DNA of 64,000 bases. Origin: Nitrososphaerota archaeon. GTDB lineage: Archaea; Thermoproteota; Nitrososphaeria; Nitrososphaerales; JACPRH01. The position numbers and the translations under genes are program-made. Positions 30,974 to 39,755 of this stretch are shown piece after piece. The stretch spans positions 83,977 to 147,976 of the forward strand of contig JAMCPI010000017.1 in the NCBI GenBank assembly GCA_023379805.1. Direction: 5' to 3'. The notes beneath the pieces were generated by a model. The model did not search any database. It saw only the letters and a list, made by a program, of their open reading frames with translations, and was not told the DNA's origin. Position 1 is the first letter of the stretch; every line of letters begins with the position of its first letter.

Positions 30974-32890
30974 CTACTTCTCTACCAAGATGTTCTCTTT
31001 GACCGCTTTGAGCACCACTGCGGCTTCACCTAGAACCCGCCAGGCTCCGTCCTCGTCTTCAGGCGGAGGAGTTCCTGCGCCACCGTAAGCCGAGTCCTCA
31101 CTCGACCATATCACTTTCCAGTATCTGTCTTGAGGCGGTGCGAGAAGCGGCTCAGGCGAAGGCTCCAGATCAGCGTCTTTACCGAAGTTGAATAGGATTA
31201 ATCGGTCGTCACCTTCCTCGCCGAAGAAGCGGATGAGAAACGTTTCAGGTGCGAGTATTGCTCCATCTACGCCGCCGAGACGTTGGCTTCGGAAGACAGG
31301 GTCTTCCCGCCTAATTTTAATCAGGTCGCAGAAGAGATTGTAATGCTTGATGTGTTTCTGCCGCTCAGAATGATCTAGTTTGCAGCGTTGAAAGGTCTCC
31401 GGATCACTGGGGTTTGGAAGGGAACGGCGCATCTCAGGTTGAGCCAGACTTCTGAACTGGCTGAGAAACTCCCATCGGCCTTCTCTTACTTGATCAGAGG
31501 TCGGAGCAGGCATGTCGCTGAAGTAGAGAAATGGGGTTGAAGCGGCAAACTCCTGTCCCTGAAACAGCAGCGGGGTCTCTGGGGCGAGCAGGAGAAGCGC
31601 GGTCATCGTCCTGTACCGCCCGGGGCTGGTTAAGTACTGGTAGCGGAGTCCATGTGCGGAGTTTGCGACCTGATCATGGTTTTGCAGGTAATGAACGAAC
31701 TTAGCCGGTTCAATGTTTAGAGCGGGGGTTCCGCGGCGCTTCTCCTGCCAACTGTAATGCTGGCCTTGGTATAGGTAGCCTCTTTTGACGCTGGAGATTA
31801 GCTCTTGGGGGCTGCCGAGATAGTCTATGTAGTATGCTTCTCTGCGACCGGTTAACGTGACCATGGCGGTGTGGTGGAAGTCGTCGTTCCACAGAGCGTC
31901 ACAGCCGTATCCGCCGTTCTCTCTAAGCTTCACAATATGGGCGAGCTGAGGCTCGTTTTCTGCAACAACAATTATCTGTCGTCCTTTACCCGCCTTTTTT
32001 GCTTGCTCGGTGACTGCGGCGACGATGTGCTCGGGTGATGTGTCGTAGATGTTCTGGGTGGCGTCTAGTCTTAAGCCGTCTAGGTGAAACTCGTCTATCC
32101 AGTAGGCTGCGTTGCTGGTGAAGAATTCGCGTACCTGGGTGCTGCCTTCCTCATCATAGTTGATAGCCTCCCCCCAGTCAGTATTCCTGCCGGTGCTGAA
32201 GTAGGTCTTTGAGAATCTTCTGAAAAAGTTGCCTACGTTGCCTACGTGGTTATACACCACGTCAAGTATTACGCCGAGGCCCAGTGCGTGAGCCTTATCT
32301 ACGAAGCTGCGCATATCGTCAGGTGAACCGTACAGATGAGTAGGTGCGAACAGGTTGACCGCATCATATCCCCATCCGAACTGGCCTGGGAAATCAGCCA
32401 CCGGCATAACTTCTAGGAGCGTTATCCCAGTTTTAGCAAGCGCATCTAGTTGCTGCTCGGCGCTCTCCCAGACTCCTTCGGCTGTAAAGGTGCCGATGTG
32501 CATCTCGTACATAACTTGCCCTTGAATCTGTACTCCCGGCCATTTCGCATCAGTCCAAGAGAATCTGTTGGGGTTGACTACCTGCGATGATCCAAAAGGT
32601 CCTTCGGGTTGAAACCTCGAAGCTGGATCTGGAACGAAATCCTCCTTGTCGTTAAGCTGGAAACGATATAGCGTGCCTTCTCCGATGCCGTCAACGGTTC
32701 CGGAGAAGTATCCTCCGCTTTCCCTGTCGAGATCAACCCTGAAGACACCATATACACCTGGGCCTCCTTCTAAAACAACTCTTACTCTTCTGCGATCCGG
32801 TGCCCACACGCGAAAGTTAACTCCGCCCTCCTCCAAGATCTCTGCACCCATAGGTAGGCGGCGTGAAACACCTCCTTCCACTTGATTCAT
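30974..32890 (-). CDS. treZ: Malto-oligosyltrehalose trehalohydrolase (GH13)
   Basis: FRVWAP, YEMHIGTFT, GVILDVVYNH, GLRLDA, VAENE and NHD are GH13 conserved regions with a TreZ-type N-terminus. Confidence 0.88.
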   Translation of the reverse strand: MNQVEGGVSRRLPMGAEILEEGGVNFRVWAPDRRRVRVVLEGGPGVYGVFRVDLDRESGGYFSGTVDGIGEGTLYRFQLNDKEDFVPDPASRFQPEGPFGSSQVVNPNRFSWTDAKWPGVQIQGQVMYEMHIGTFTAEGVWESAEQQLDALAKTGITLLEVMPVADFPGQFGWGYDAVNLFAPTHLYGSPDDMRSFVDKAHALGLGVILDVVYNHVGNVGNFFRRFSKTYFSTGRNTDWGEAINYDEEGSTQVREFFTSNAAYWIDEFHLDGLRLDATQNIYDTSPEHIVAAVTEQAKKAGKGRQIIVVAENEPQLAHIVKLRENGGYGCDALWNDDFHHTAMVTLTGRREAYYIDYLGSPQELISSVKRGYLYQGQHYSWQEKRRGTPALNIEPAKFVHYLQNHDQVANSAHGLRYQYLTSPGRYRTMTALLLLAPETPLLFQGQEFAASTPFLYFSDMPAPTSDQVREGRWEFLSQFRSLAQPEMRRSLPNPSDPETFQRCKLDHSERQKHIKHYNLFCDLIKIRREDPVFRSQRLGGVDGAILAPETFLIRFFGEEGDDRLILFNFGKDADLEPSPEPLLAPPQDRYWKVIWSSEDSAYGGAGTPPPEDEDGAWRVLGEAAVVLKAVKENILVEK

Positions 32891-33052
32891 CTAATCTTTT
32901 CTTGTCTCCATCCACCAAACACTGTGGATTTGATTCAGATCGCTGTTGAGACTATTAAGAGGATTCTCTATGCCTGATTAAGCATAACGTTACCGTCATA
33001 GAAAAAAGGGATATGAGAGTCGAAGATTCTCGGCTCTCGGCTTTCGCCTGGC

Positions 33053-33307
33053 TTACCTTTGACTGCTTGTTGCCTTGATTTGACCGAACTGTTTCTCTAC
33101 GTCGGTTACGTTGTTGTATTCAATGTCTGGAAGCCTGTCGAGCCAATCAATGACGTTATCGGGAGCGTTGTTGTTCCGAGCTGTGTCCACGATGTCTTTT
33201 TTGCCGCATGGGAAGCTGATGCCTCTGAGGTAATTCGCTAATTCAGATGCGCTCACACTTGGGGCGCGAAGCGAAGCTTCTCCACCTTTTTGTCCGCGGG
33301 TTTGCAT
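33053..33307 (-). CDS. DUF2795 family protein (paralog B)
   Basis: LANYLRGISFPCGKKDIVDTARNNNAPDNVIDWLDRL. I moved the start to the ATG at 33307 (MQTRGQKGG), which parallels paralog A (MATPQQKGG). Confidence 0.8.
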   Translation of the reverse strand: MQTRGQKGGEASLRAPSVSASELANYLRGISFPCGKKDIVDTARNNNAPDNVIDWLDRLPDIEYNNVTDVEKQFGQIKATSSQR

Positions 33308-33340
33308 TTTCCTACTCAGGAGCATTAAGGCTATTTGAAT

Positions 33341-33391
33341 CTAATAAGGGTTTTGAACCCTAAAACCGGTGGGTCTAGAAGGACTTGAACC
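33341..33391 (-). promoter_or_regulatory. Conserved 51-nt upstream element, copy B
   Basis: 41/51 nt identical to 28767-28817. Sits 33 nt upstream of the DUF2795-B start and overlaps a 6-bp hairpin (AGAAGG-N14-CCTTCT). Confidence 0.5.
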
Positions 33392-33436
33392 GTATACCTT
33401 CTTTGTCAGAGGCTCAAAACAAATTGGGCGACTTTC

Positions 33437-34042
33437 TCAGCTACCCAAAGGCAGTTTCCTGTTTAGCGAAGCATCAGGGTTAGTGTTCTTGACCATCGAT
33501 AGTACGAGATGGAGTCTCTTGCGGATAGTTGAATTAGGTGTATGGCTTCCTGTTATGAAGTATGATACGAGAATGATTACGCCTCCAATAATGGCGACGT
33601 AGGCGCCATGCCCGACATTGATGACCGAGGAGGCTTCTGCGGTTATCATCCCCCCAAGGCTGATTGTCTTTAATCCTTCTTTTGCAGCCGCTGACTTGAG
33701 CGAGTCAACGCCTAACATCCAGAAAGCTCCGCTAAAAATGCCTACTATACCTGCGAAGGGCGTTATCTTTCGCTTCACAATAGCAGCGACGCCTAGTATC
33801 AACGAGACCGGGTAGGTTATCAACGTCAAAGAAAGGCCGATTCCAGCCGTACCTTCTGTGAGGCTATTCGGAGTGATGCCGGCGGGTGGTTGTGTTCGAC
33901 CCGTTGAAGAGAGAATAAGCCGATATAGGTCTGCTAGAGAAATATTGAACTGATCTAGGAACGTTACAGTGAACCAAGGCATCATCGCTGCAAGGATAAG
34001 GATTGTAAGGCCAACTCCCGCAACAATCCGAAAGTAATCCAT
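33437..34042 (-). CDS. Hypothetical integral membrane protein
   Basis: About 5 hydrophobic helices. No family motif. Confidence 0.5.
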   Translation of the reverse strand: MDYFRIVAGVGLTILILAAMMPWFTVTFLDQFNISLADLYRLILSSTGRTQPPAGITPNSLTEGTAGIGLSLTLITYPVSLILGVAAIVKRKITPFAGIVGIFSGAFWMLGVDSLKSAAAKEGLKTISLGGMITAEASSVINVGHGAYVAIIGGVIILVSYFITGSHTPNSTIRKRLHLVLSMVKNTNPDASLNRKLPLGS

Positions 34043-34290
34043 CGCGTTCGTAACTCAAGGCGATATAATTTAAACATTCAGAGAATTTTACTTAATGACT
34101 CGGAATCGGTGACTGAAAACATGAGGACAACCGTTAAAATTATGGAGGAATTGAGAATAATATTACTTAATATATGATAATTATCAATAAGTGCTTCAAC
34201 ATAAGGACGTCGGCAGCGCGGATGGGCGGAGTTTAATCACAAACTAAACACCGATCAATCAAAATAGCGAAGCATCCCATCACGCCACGA

Positions 34291-34425
34291 TGGTGGGCCG
34301 GGGCGGATTTGAACCGTCGACCTTCGCTGTGTCAGAGCGATGTCCTAACCAGGCTGTCCGCATAGAGGCAGGACCTAAGGATAGGTGCCTTCCTTCTTTC
34401 TTTCTATGCTCTAGACGACCGGCCC
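34291..34425 (-). tRNA. tRNA-Val (anticodon GAC) interrupted by a ~57-nt intron in the D-loop; encoded CCA
   Basis: Reverse complement: GGGCCGG-TC-GTCTAG[57 nt]CCTGGTTAGGAC-A-TCGCT-CTGACAC-AGCGA-AGGTC-GACGG-TTCAAAT-CCGCC-CCGGCCC-A-CCA. The intron maps to about 34354-34410 and carries an internal GCATAGA/TCTATGC stem. Confidence 0.85.
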
Positions 34426-34493
34426 TCGGTTCAGAGTTCCCTCCGTGAAGGATTAAAAAGCTTTAGTGGCAGTGAGAAACTTCTTTGCTACGC

Positions 34494-34898
34494 TTAGATT
34501 CCTAGGAGCGCATCAAGCGAGAACTCTCCGCCGCCTAAGAACGCAAGTGTTAGTGCACCAACTAAGTAGGCTAGGTCGAGCTCGTAGCCCCTTAGATACT
34601 TTAGATGCAGTCGCTGCTTTGACACCACCGTGGTAACAATCATCATGACCGCCATCACCATCCCCACCAGCTGTGTCAGAAACCCAGCTATGAGAGCAGC
34701 TCCCCCGACAACCTGTACTACCCCTGTCAATACTGTAGCCGTCGGAGGCATGCCGATATCCTTCAACGTCTTCATCTTGCTCTCAGCCGTTTCTCCGAAC
34801 ACCTTCAGGCGACCATGTGCGATGAACGCGACTCCCAGCGCGATGCGAAGCATTAACGGCGCCCAAGGTGCGAGGCTGCCGAGGATGTTGGAGAGCAT
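34494..34898 (-). CDS. DoxX family membrane protein
   Basis: Four TM helices and LRIALGVAFIAHG..K, as in DoxX. Confidence 0.75.
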   Translation of the reverse strand: MLSNILGSLAPWAPLMLRIALGVAFIAHGRLKVFGETAESKMKTLKDIGMPPTATVLTGVVQVVGGAALIAGFLTQLVGMVMAVMMIVTTVVSKQRLHLKYLRGYELDLAYLVGALTLAFLGGGEFSLDALLGI

Positions 34899-35074
34899 CT
34901 TCTTGTTCCTGCAGCGATTCGCATCATTATTATCTCTAGCTAGCTAACTAACTAACCTTTCCAAGCTTGATTTGATTCGGCATTTGTTGTTTAGCGTATT
35001 GACGTGGGTTCAGTTTAAATAAACAACCGTTTCACCGCTGGAAAGGAAGGAAGAAAGGGCGGTTTAGATCTGGT

Positions 35075-36349
35075 ATGAGTAGTAAGAGTTCAGAGGTTTC
35101 TGGTTTCTATAAGTTGAGTCCTGCTGAGCGGCTTAAGGTTGTGAAGGAGATTTCCGGTATCTCGGACGAGGATGCTGCGCTGATCGGTAGCGGTGCAGGT
35201 TTGAAGCTGGAGGCTGCTGATCACATGATTGAGAATGTTATCGGCATTATGCCTGTCTCTCTAGGGGTTGCGGTTAACTTTCAAATTAACGGCCGGGATT
35301 ATTTGGTTCCGATGGCGATTGAGGAGCCTTCGGTTGTCGCGGCTGCTAGTAACGCTGCGAGAATGGCTCGATCCGGAGGCGGCTTCCATACCAGCAACAC
35401 TGGGCCGGTTATGATAGGTCAGATTCAAGCTGTTGGAGTTGTTGATCCATTCGGCGCCAAAATGCGGATACTTGAGGCGGCTGGAGAGATACTGGGTAAG
35501 GCGAATGAGCAGGATCCGATTTTGGTGAAGGTCGGAGGTGGCGCCAAGGCTCTTGACGTGAAGGTGCTTGACTCGATCGTTGGGCCGATGGTGGTGACGG
35601 AGCTTCAAGTGGACTGCCGCGACGCTATGGGTGCGAACGCTGTGAACACGATGTCCGAGGCGGTGGCGCCGATAATTGAGCGCGTCACAGGCGGCCACGT
35701 GGTCCTCAGAATTATCACGAACCTCGCGACGAAGAGGCTCGTACGCTCCCGCGCCGTGTTCAAGAAGGATGCTTTAGGCGGCGAAGAAATCGTTGACGGC
35801 GTAGTAAACGCCTACGCGCTCGCTGCGGCTGATCCCTACCGTTGCGCTACCCACAACAAGGGAATTATGAACGGAGTCTCCGCTGTTGCTCTCGCAACGG
35901 GTCAGGACACCCGTGCCCTTGAGGCTGGAGCCCATGCCTACGCAGCTTACACCGGCAGGTATCTGCCTCTAACCGTCTGGGAGAAGAACGCGGAGGGAGA
36001 TCTCGTTGGAACAATCGAGATGCCGATGGCTGTAGGGTTAATCGGAGGTGCTACTGCTGTTCATCCTGTAGCAAAGGCCTGCACACGGATTCTTGGAGTG
36101 AAATCGGCGCTGGAGCTGGCTGAAGTCATGGCGTCTGTTGGGCTGGCGCAGAACCTAGCTGCGTTAAGAGCGCTCTCAAGCGAAGGTATTCAGAGAGGAC
36201 ACATGAAGCTTCACGCCCGGAACGTCGCCATATCAGCAGGGGCATCCGGCGATCTTGTAGAGAAGGTGGCTGCTCGAATGGTTGAGGAGCGGAGAGTCCG
36301 GTTCGACAGAGCGAAAGAGCTCGTTGAAGAGCTGAAAAACAAGGCGTAG
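35075..36349 (+). CDS. hmgA: Hydroxymethylglutaryl-CoA reductase (class II-like, ~424 aa)
   Basis: EEPSVVAAASNAARMA, DAMGANAVNTM, ATHNKGIMNG and GTVGG-like IGGAT motifs. No membrane domain. Confidence 0.88.
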   Translation: MSSKSSEVSGFYKLSPAERLKVVKEISGISDEDAALIGSGAGLKLEAADHMIENVIGIMPVSLGVAVNFQINGRDYLVPMAIEEPSVVAAASNAARMARSGGGFHTSNTGPVMIGQIQAVGVVDPFGAKMRILEAAGEILGKANEQDPILVKVGGGAKALDVKVLDSIVGPMVVTELQVDCRDAMGANAVNTMSEAVAPIIERVTGGHVVLRIITNLATKRLVRSRAVFKKDALGGEEIVDGVVNAYALAAADPYRCATHNKGIMNGVSAVALATGQDTRALEAGAHAYAAYTGRYLPLTVWEKNAEGDLVGTIEMPMAVGLIGGATAVHPVAKACTRILGVKSALELAEVMASVGLAQNLAALRALSSEGIQRGHMKLHARNVAISAGASGDLVEKVAARMVEERRVRFDRAKELVEELKNKA

Positions 36350-36579
36350 CCGGATCTCTGTTTGTTTAATTTGATTAGGCTTCTAGTAGTGAGACTCAAC
36401 TCTGCTTGGATGATTGTAGGCTAGTTTGACTGTCTCAGTCGTGTTGTTTTTGGCAAGGGCGTAGCGGTGGCGATTGAAATCACACATCTTCAGAATAACA
36501 ATATTATCTATATAACTATATAATTAATATAAACATTACATTAATTACCGAAGCGGTAAGGCTACTCAAGCGATACAGT

Positions 36580-37350
36580 ATGAGTAGTCATTCATCTACA
36601 CCAGTAATACTGTCAATAGTCGCCATACTCATCGGAGCAGCGGCAATCGGAATGACCTTCACTACACCAGGCCCACGAGGCCCAACAGGCCCCACGGGAG
36701 CAGCCGGAGTAGCAGGTCCTCAAGGATTACAAGGCCCCAAAGGTGACCCCGGACCACAGGGACCAAAGGGAGATACCGGAGCGCAGGGACCTCAAGGGCC
36801 GCAGGGACCAGCAGGTCAAGTATCCGTTAACGGCGGTGGTGACATAAGCACTGCTGTTATCCAAAAGATAGCTAACGAGACTGTACAAAAGGTGCTCTCC
36901 AAGGAGCTCGCATTCCCAATAGATGCTTCAATAGCACCTAGGAGAGGTTGCCCAGCATGCCACGACTTAATCAACAAAACAACAGGAAAATACACGTTGG
37001 CATACGAGGCACGTGAACGCGTAGCCGCGAGAGGACGAACACATCCAGCCTTCACTAACCCTACGGATAACCCGAATGTCACAGAGTGCTTAACATGTCA
37101 CGCAGCCGGCACTGGTGACCGCGAAGGAAAGGGTGCTGTCGCTCCACTAAGCCTCAGAGACATCGTGCACCCAGCGCACATGGGTAGCCAGGCATTCAAG
37201 ATACACTATGGTGGAAGCTGCTTCACCTGCCACGACGTAAACTCAAAGGGTGAATTCACACTCCTAACTCAGAAGGTTGATACCAATGAGAAGGGTGTGC
37301 CTAACCCAGACAAGCTACCGATACCTGGCGAGAAACCAATCGGACCATAA
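36580..37350 (+). CDS. Membrane-anchored collagen-like repeat protein with three CXXCH heme-c binding motifs
   Basis: TM helix at aa 8-27. 16 uninterrupted Gly-X-Y triplets (36670-36813). CPACH at 36949-36963, CLTCH at 37087-37101 and CFTCH at 37219-37233. Very AT-rich upstream region and a hairpin plus T-run downstream. Confidence 0.75.
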   Translation: MSSHSSTPVILSIVAILIGAAAIGMTFTTPGPRGPTGPTGAAGVAGPQGLQGPKGDPGPQGPKGDTGAQGPQGPQGPAGQVSVNGGGDISTAVIQKIANETVQKVLSKELAFPIDASIAPRRGCPACHDLINKTTGKYTLAYEARERVAARGRTHPAFTNPTDNPNVTECLTCHAAGTGDREGKGAVAPLSLRDIVHPAHMGSQAFKIHYGGSCFTCHDVNSKGEFTLLTQKVDTNEKGVPNPDKLPIPGEKPIGP

Positions 37351-37372
37351 ACCGATGCAGTAACGGACGAAT

Positions 37373-37408
37373 CCCCCAAACGAGATGATTGTTTGGGGGC
37401 TTCTTTTT
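37373..37408 (+). terminator. Stem-loop plus T-run after the cytochrome gene
   Basis: CCCCCAAAC-N9-GTTTGGGGG followed by CTTCTTTTT, 23 nt after the stop codon. Confidence 0.5.
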
Positions 37409-37503
37409 GCCTTGTTTTAGTTTAGTTTAAACCTACGCAGGGATTTCTTATCGTCGTATTTTTTGTTGCTTGCTTCTTTCCGGGTTTATCTTGGGTTCTA
37501 TGG

Positions 37504-38454
37504 TTACTCTACTACTAGGTAGAGTTTCTCTGTTGAAGGGCCTGTTGTAATTGAAAGTATGTGGACTCCCGGTTCTGTATCGTTGCTTATTTCTAGGGTT
37601 AGGGTTACTGTTTCGGATTTAGGTTCTTCGAGTTCGAGGCTTGGTGGGTTGAAGGTGCCTATCACTCCTTTAGGCAGCGAGAGGAGTCTGGGAATGATTG
37701 TTTGGGTCGGTGCGCCTACGGGTTTAAGCGTGACTTTGATGTCTCTGGAAGTTCCTCTTGGAAGGCTGATCCAGTATCCAACTGCCTTCCCCTCCTCCTT
37801 AACTTCACCCATAAACTCCGGATCCACCTCGTAACCAATCTTCACTGCGGGTGTTGGTTGCGCTTCAGCTCCCGCTGCTGCTGTTGCTGTCGTTGTTGCG
37901 GCTAACTGGTTTGCCGAAGCGAGGTTTCTTCTGGTCACCACTATTGCCGCTATGATGATCGCTATCACAGCGACTCCTACTGTAGTGTAGGCGATCTCTG
38001 TAGGTAATGCTACCTTGACCGCTGATGTTAGGGTAGTTGTTTGAGCTGGTTGTGTAGAGGTGACGGTGGTTGCTGATGTAGTTGTGGCTGTGACTGTTTG
38101 AGTGGTTGCGGCAGTTGTTGTTGAAAGGGTTGTTGAGCTTACTGTAGATGTCGCTGTAGTAGTTACGGTTGTCGTACTGACTGTTGACGAAGTTGTTAAG
38201 CTAGTCTGTGACGACGTAGTTATTGTCTTCGTTGCTGTCGTTGATGATGCGGATGATGGTGGGGGCGTGGTGGTTGTGGTTGAAGTGAATGTGGTTGTAG
38301 CGGTTTCGGTTGTTGTGCTGGTTATTGTTGCGATTGGTCCGGCACCGGGCATTCTGGATTCGTATGTCTGTGGAGAGATGTAGGTGAAGACGAGTATCAG
38401 CGCGATGGCTAGGGCGAATCCTCCTAGTGCTGCTGGTACGAGTCTCATCTTCAT
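37504..38454 (-). CDS. Thr/Ser-rich two-TM surface protein with a C-terminal beta-rich domain
   Basis: I moved the start to the ATG at 38454 (MKMRLVPAALGGFALA..). About 100 aa of T/S low complexity is followed by TSTQPAQTTT..LPTEIAY plus a TM and RR, then a 135-aa domain. Confidence 0.6.
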   Translation of the reverse strand: MKMRLVPAALGGFALAIALILVFTYISPQTYESRMPGAGPIATITSTTTETATTTFTSTTTTTPPPSSASSTTATKTITTSSQTSLTTSSTVSTTTVTTTATSTVSSTTLSTTTAATTQTVTATTTSATTVTSTQPAQTTTLTSAVKVALPTEIAYTTVGVAVIAIIIAAIVVTRRNLASANQLAATTTATAAAGAEAQPTPAVKIGYEVDPEFMGEVKEEGKAVGYWISLPRGTSRDIKVTLKPVGAPTQTIIPRLLSLPKGVIGTFNPPSLELEEPKSETVTLTLEISNDTEPGVHILSITTGPSTEKLYLVVE

Positions 38455-38489
38455 TTTGCTACATGCTCGCTTGTTTGTTTGTCTCTTAA

Positions 38490-39641
38490 TTAGGTTACTG
38501 TCTGCTGCTTCGACTCCTTCCTTCCCAGTGAGACCTTCCGGTACGCTACGTATCCTACTCCTAGCAGGATCCATATGGGGAACAGTCCTACTGTGAGGAA
38601 GATTATGCCGGTGGCCTCGAATGTTAATGCTGATGCTGCGAGGATAAGTGAGTCCTGAAGCGCCGCTGTGAAAGGATTCTGCAGAGGCTTCTCTTCCGTT
38701 GTCTCCTCTTTGAACTGTAATGGTTCTTTCAAGCTGAGGGTTATAGTGGCGTAGCTGACCTGCTTCTGCAGGTTTTGGATCTGCGCCTTCAAGACTTCTA
38801 TGCGTTCCTGAGTATTGTCTATCTTCATCTGTATGTTGAGTATATCCTCGATTCTGCTCGCCTTCGTAAGTATATCGTTGTATTGGTTCAAGACGTTCTG
38901 CGCATTCTTCAGCCTTGCTTCGAGGTCAACTGCTTGATCGGTAACGTCTTGGGTGCTAAGTGAGTAGAAGTCTACCTTCCCGAGCTTCATAACCTGTGCC
39001 TGAGCCTCCCCGTAACGGTTAGCTGGGATTAACACGGTGATTGTTGCTGTGAACCCCTGCTCCTTAACTTCCTTCCCCATTATGTAGATGCCTTTGGGGA
39101 TAGGTTGAAGATCAGTTCTACCTATGTAGCCGCCTTGACTTGCCGCTATCTGTTGAATCTGGGGAAGCGTAAGCTGTACACTGGTAACATTTAGTCCAAT
39201 GTTCGCCGTGTATATTACGAGTCTGTCAGGTAGCATCGAAGGACCACTTTGAGCGACATTTAGTCCCTGCGGGCCTGCAGGTTGGTTTATCGATGAAGCC
39301 TGGGTGGTGGTTGACATCGTCATTGTTCTAGTGGCCATGGTGGTGGTCACAGTTGTCGCGGTGGTATATGGTGCGCCGCCGAAATCAGGTCTGCTGCTTG
39401 TGACGGTCGCGGTCATCGTTTGTGCAGGGGGGCCAACAGCGCTGGGCATCTGTTTGGCTTCGACATATTGTGTGCCTCCTTCTCGGCTGCTGGACAGTAG
39501 ACTCGAGCTTTTCTGCGACTCTATTGCTGCTCCTGTTACGCCTGCTGCTACCAGTATTATTAACGGGATGAGGATTTTCGCCCTTCGTCTCAAGGCTTGT
39601 CCATTTACCCGGATATTTCTTCTAATCATATCCATCCACAT
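38490..39641 (-). CDS. DUF4349 domain membrane protein
   Basis: N-terminal TM, a Thr-rich stretch, a coiled-coil block (LEARLKNAQNVLNQYNDILTKA..IEDILNIQMKIDNTQERIEVLKAQIQNLQKQVSYATITLSL) and C-terminal TMs, as in DUF4349. Confidence 0.65.
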   Translation of the reverse strand: MWMDMIRRNIRVNGQALRRRAKILIPLIILVAAGVTGAAIESQKSSSLLSSSREGGTQYVEAKQMPSAVGPPAQTMTATVTSSRPDFGGAPYTTATTVTTTMATRTMTMSTTTQASSINQPAGPQGLNVAQSGPSMLPDRLVIYTANIGLNVTSVQLTLPQIQQIAASQGGYIGRTDLQPIPKGIYIMGKEVKEQGFTATITVLIPANRYGEAQAQVMKLGKVDFYSLSTQDVTDQAVDLEARLKNAQNVLNQYNDILTKASRIEDILNIQMKIDNTQERIEVLKAQIQNLQKQVSYATITLSLKEPLQFKEETTEEKPLQNPFTAALQDSLILAASALTFEATGIIFLTVGLFPIWILLGVGYVAYRKVSLGRKESKQQTVT

Positions 39642-39755
39642 GTAGATGTGGAGGTGCTGTTCTTAGCTCTACGCTTTAGAACAACAGGCGGGGATCTGTT
39701 CCAATTTCCGGACAGTTGCTGACTTACCTGTTCAGTCTTTCGACTGACTAACTGA

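Noticed and set aside
33367-33398. A tRNA-like 3' half (ggtggg...acttgaaccgt), considered as a tRNA gene or pseudogene.
   Set aside because: The match to the tRNA-Val 3' half is only 23/32. The would-be T-arm cannot form a canonical 5-bp stem with a 7-nt loop (GAAGG-14 nt-CCTTC), and there is no 5' half. I kept it only as a possible decayed att remnant or regulatory element.
37950-38340. Repetitive nucleotide tracts (gttgtt/gtggtt-type), also at 45380-45590 and 53900-54110, considered as a possible CRISPR or tandem-repeat array.
   Set aside because: They show no repeat-spacer periodicity or conserved repeat unit. They are in-frame low-complexity Thr/Ser linkers inside long ORFs.
38102-38383. 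Val-rich plus-strand ORFs (this one, plus 45331-45774, 53874-54140 and 39304-39645) that look like repetitive proteins.
   Set aside because: They are the antisense reading of Thr-rich (ACN) coding repeats in real minus-strand genes. GTN/GTT codons appear automatically on the opposite strand, and these ORFs have no independent start or promoter context.
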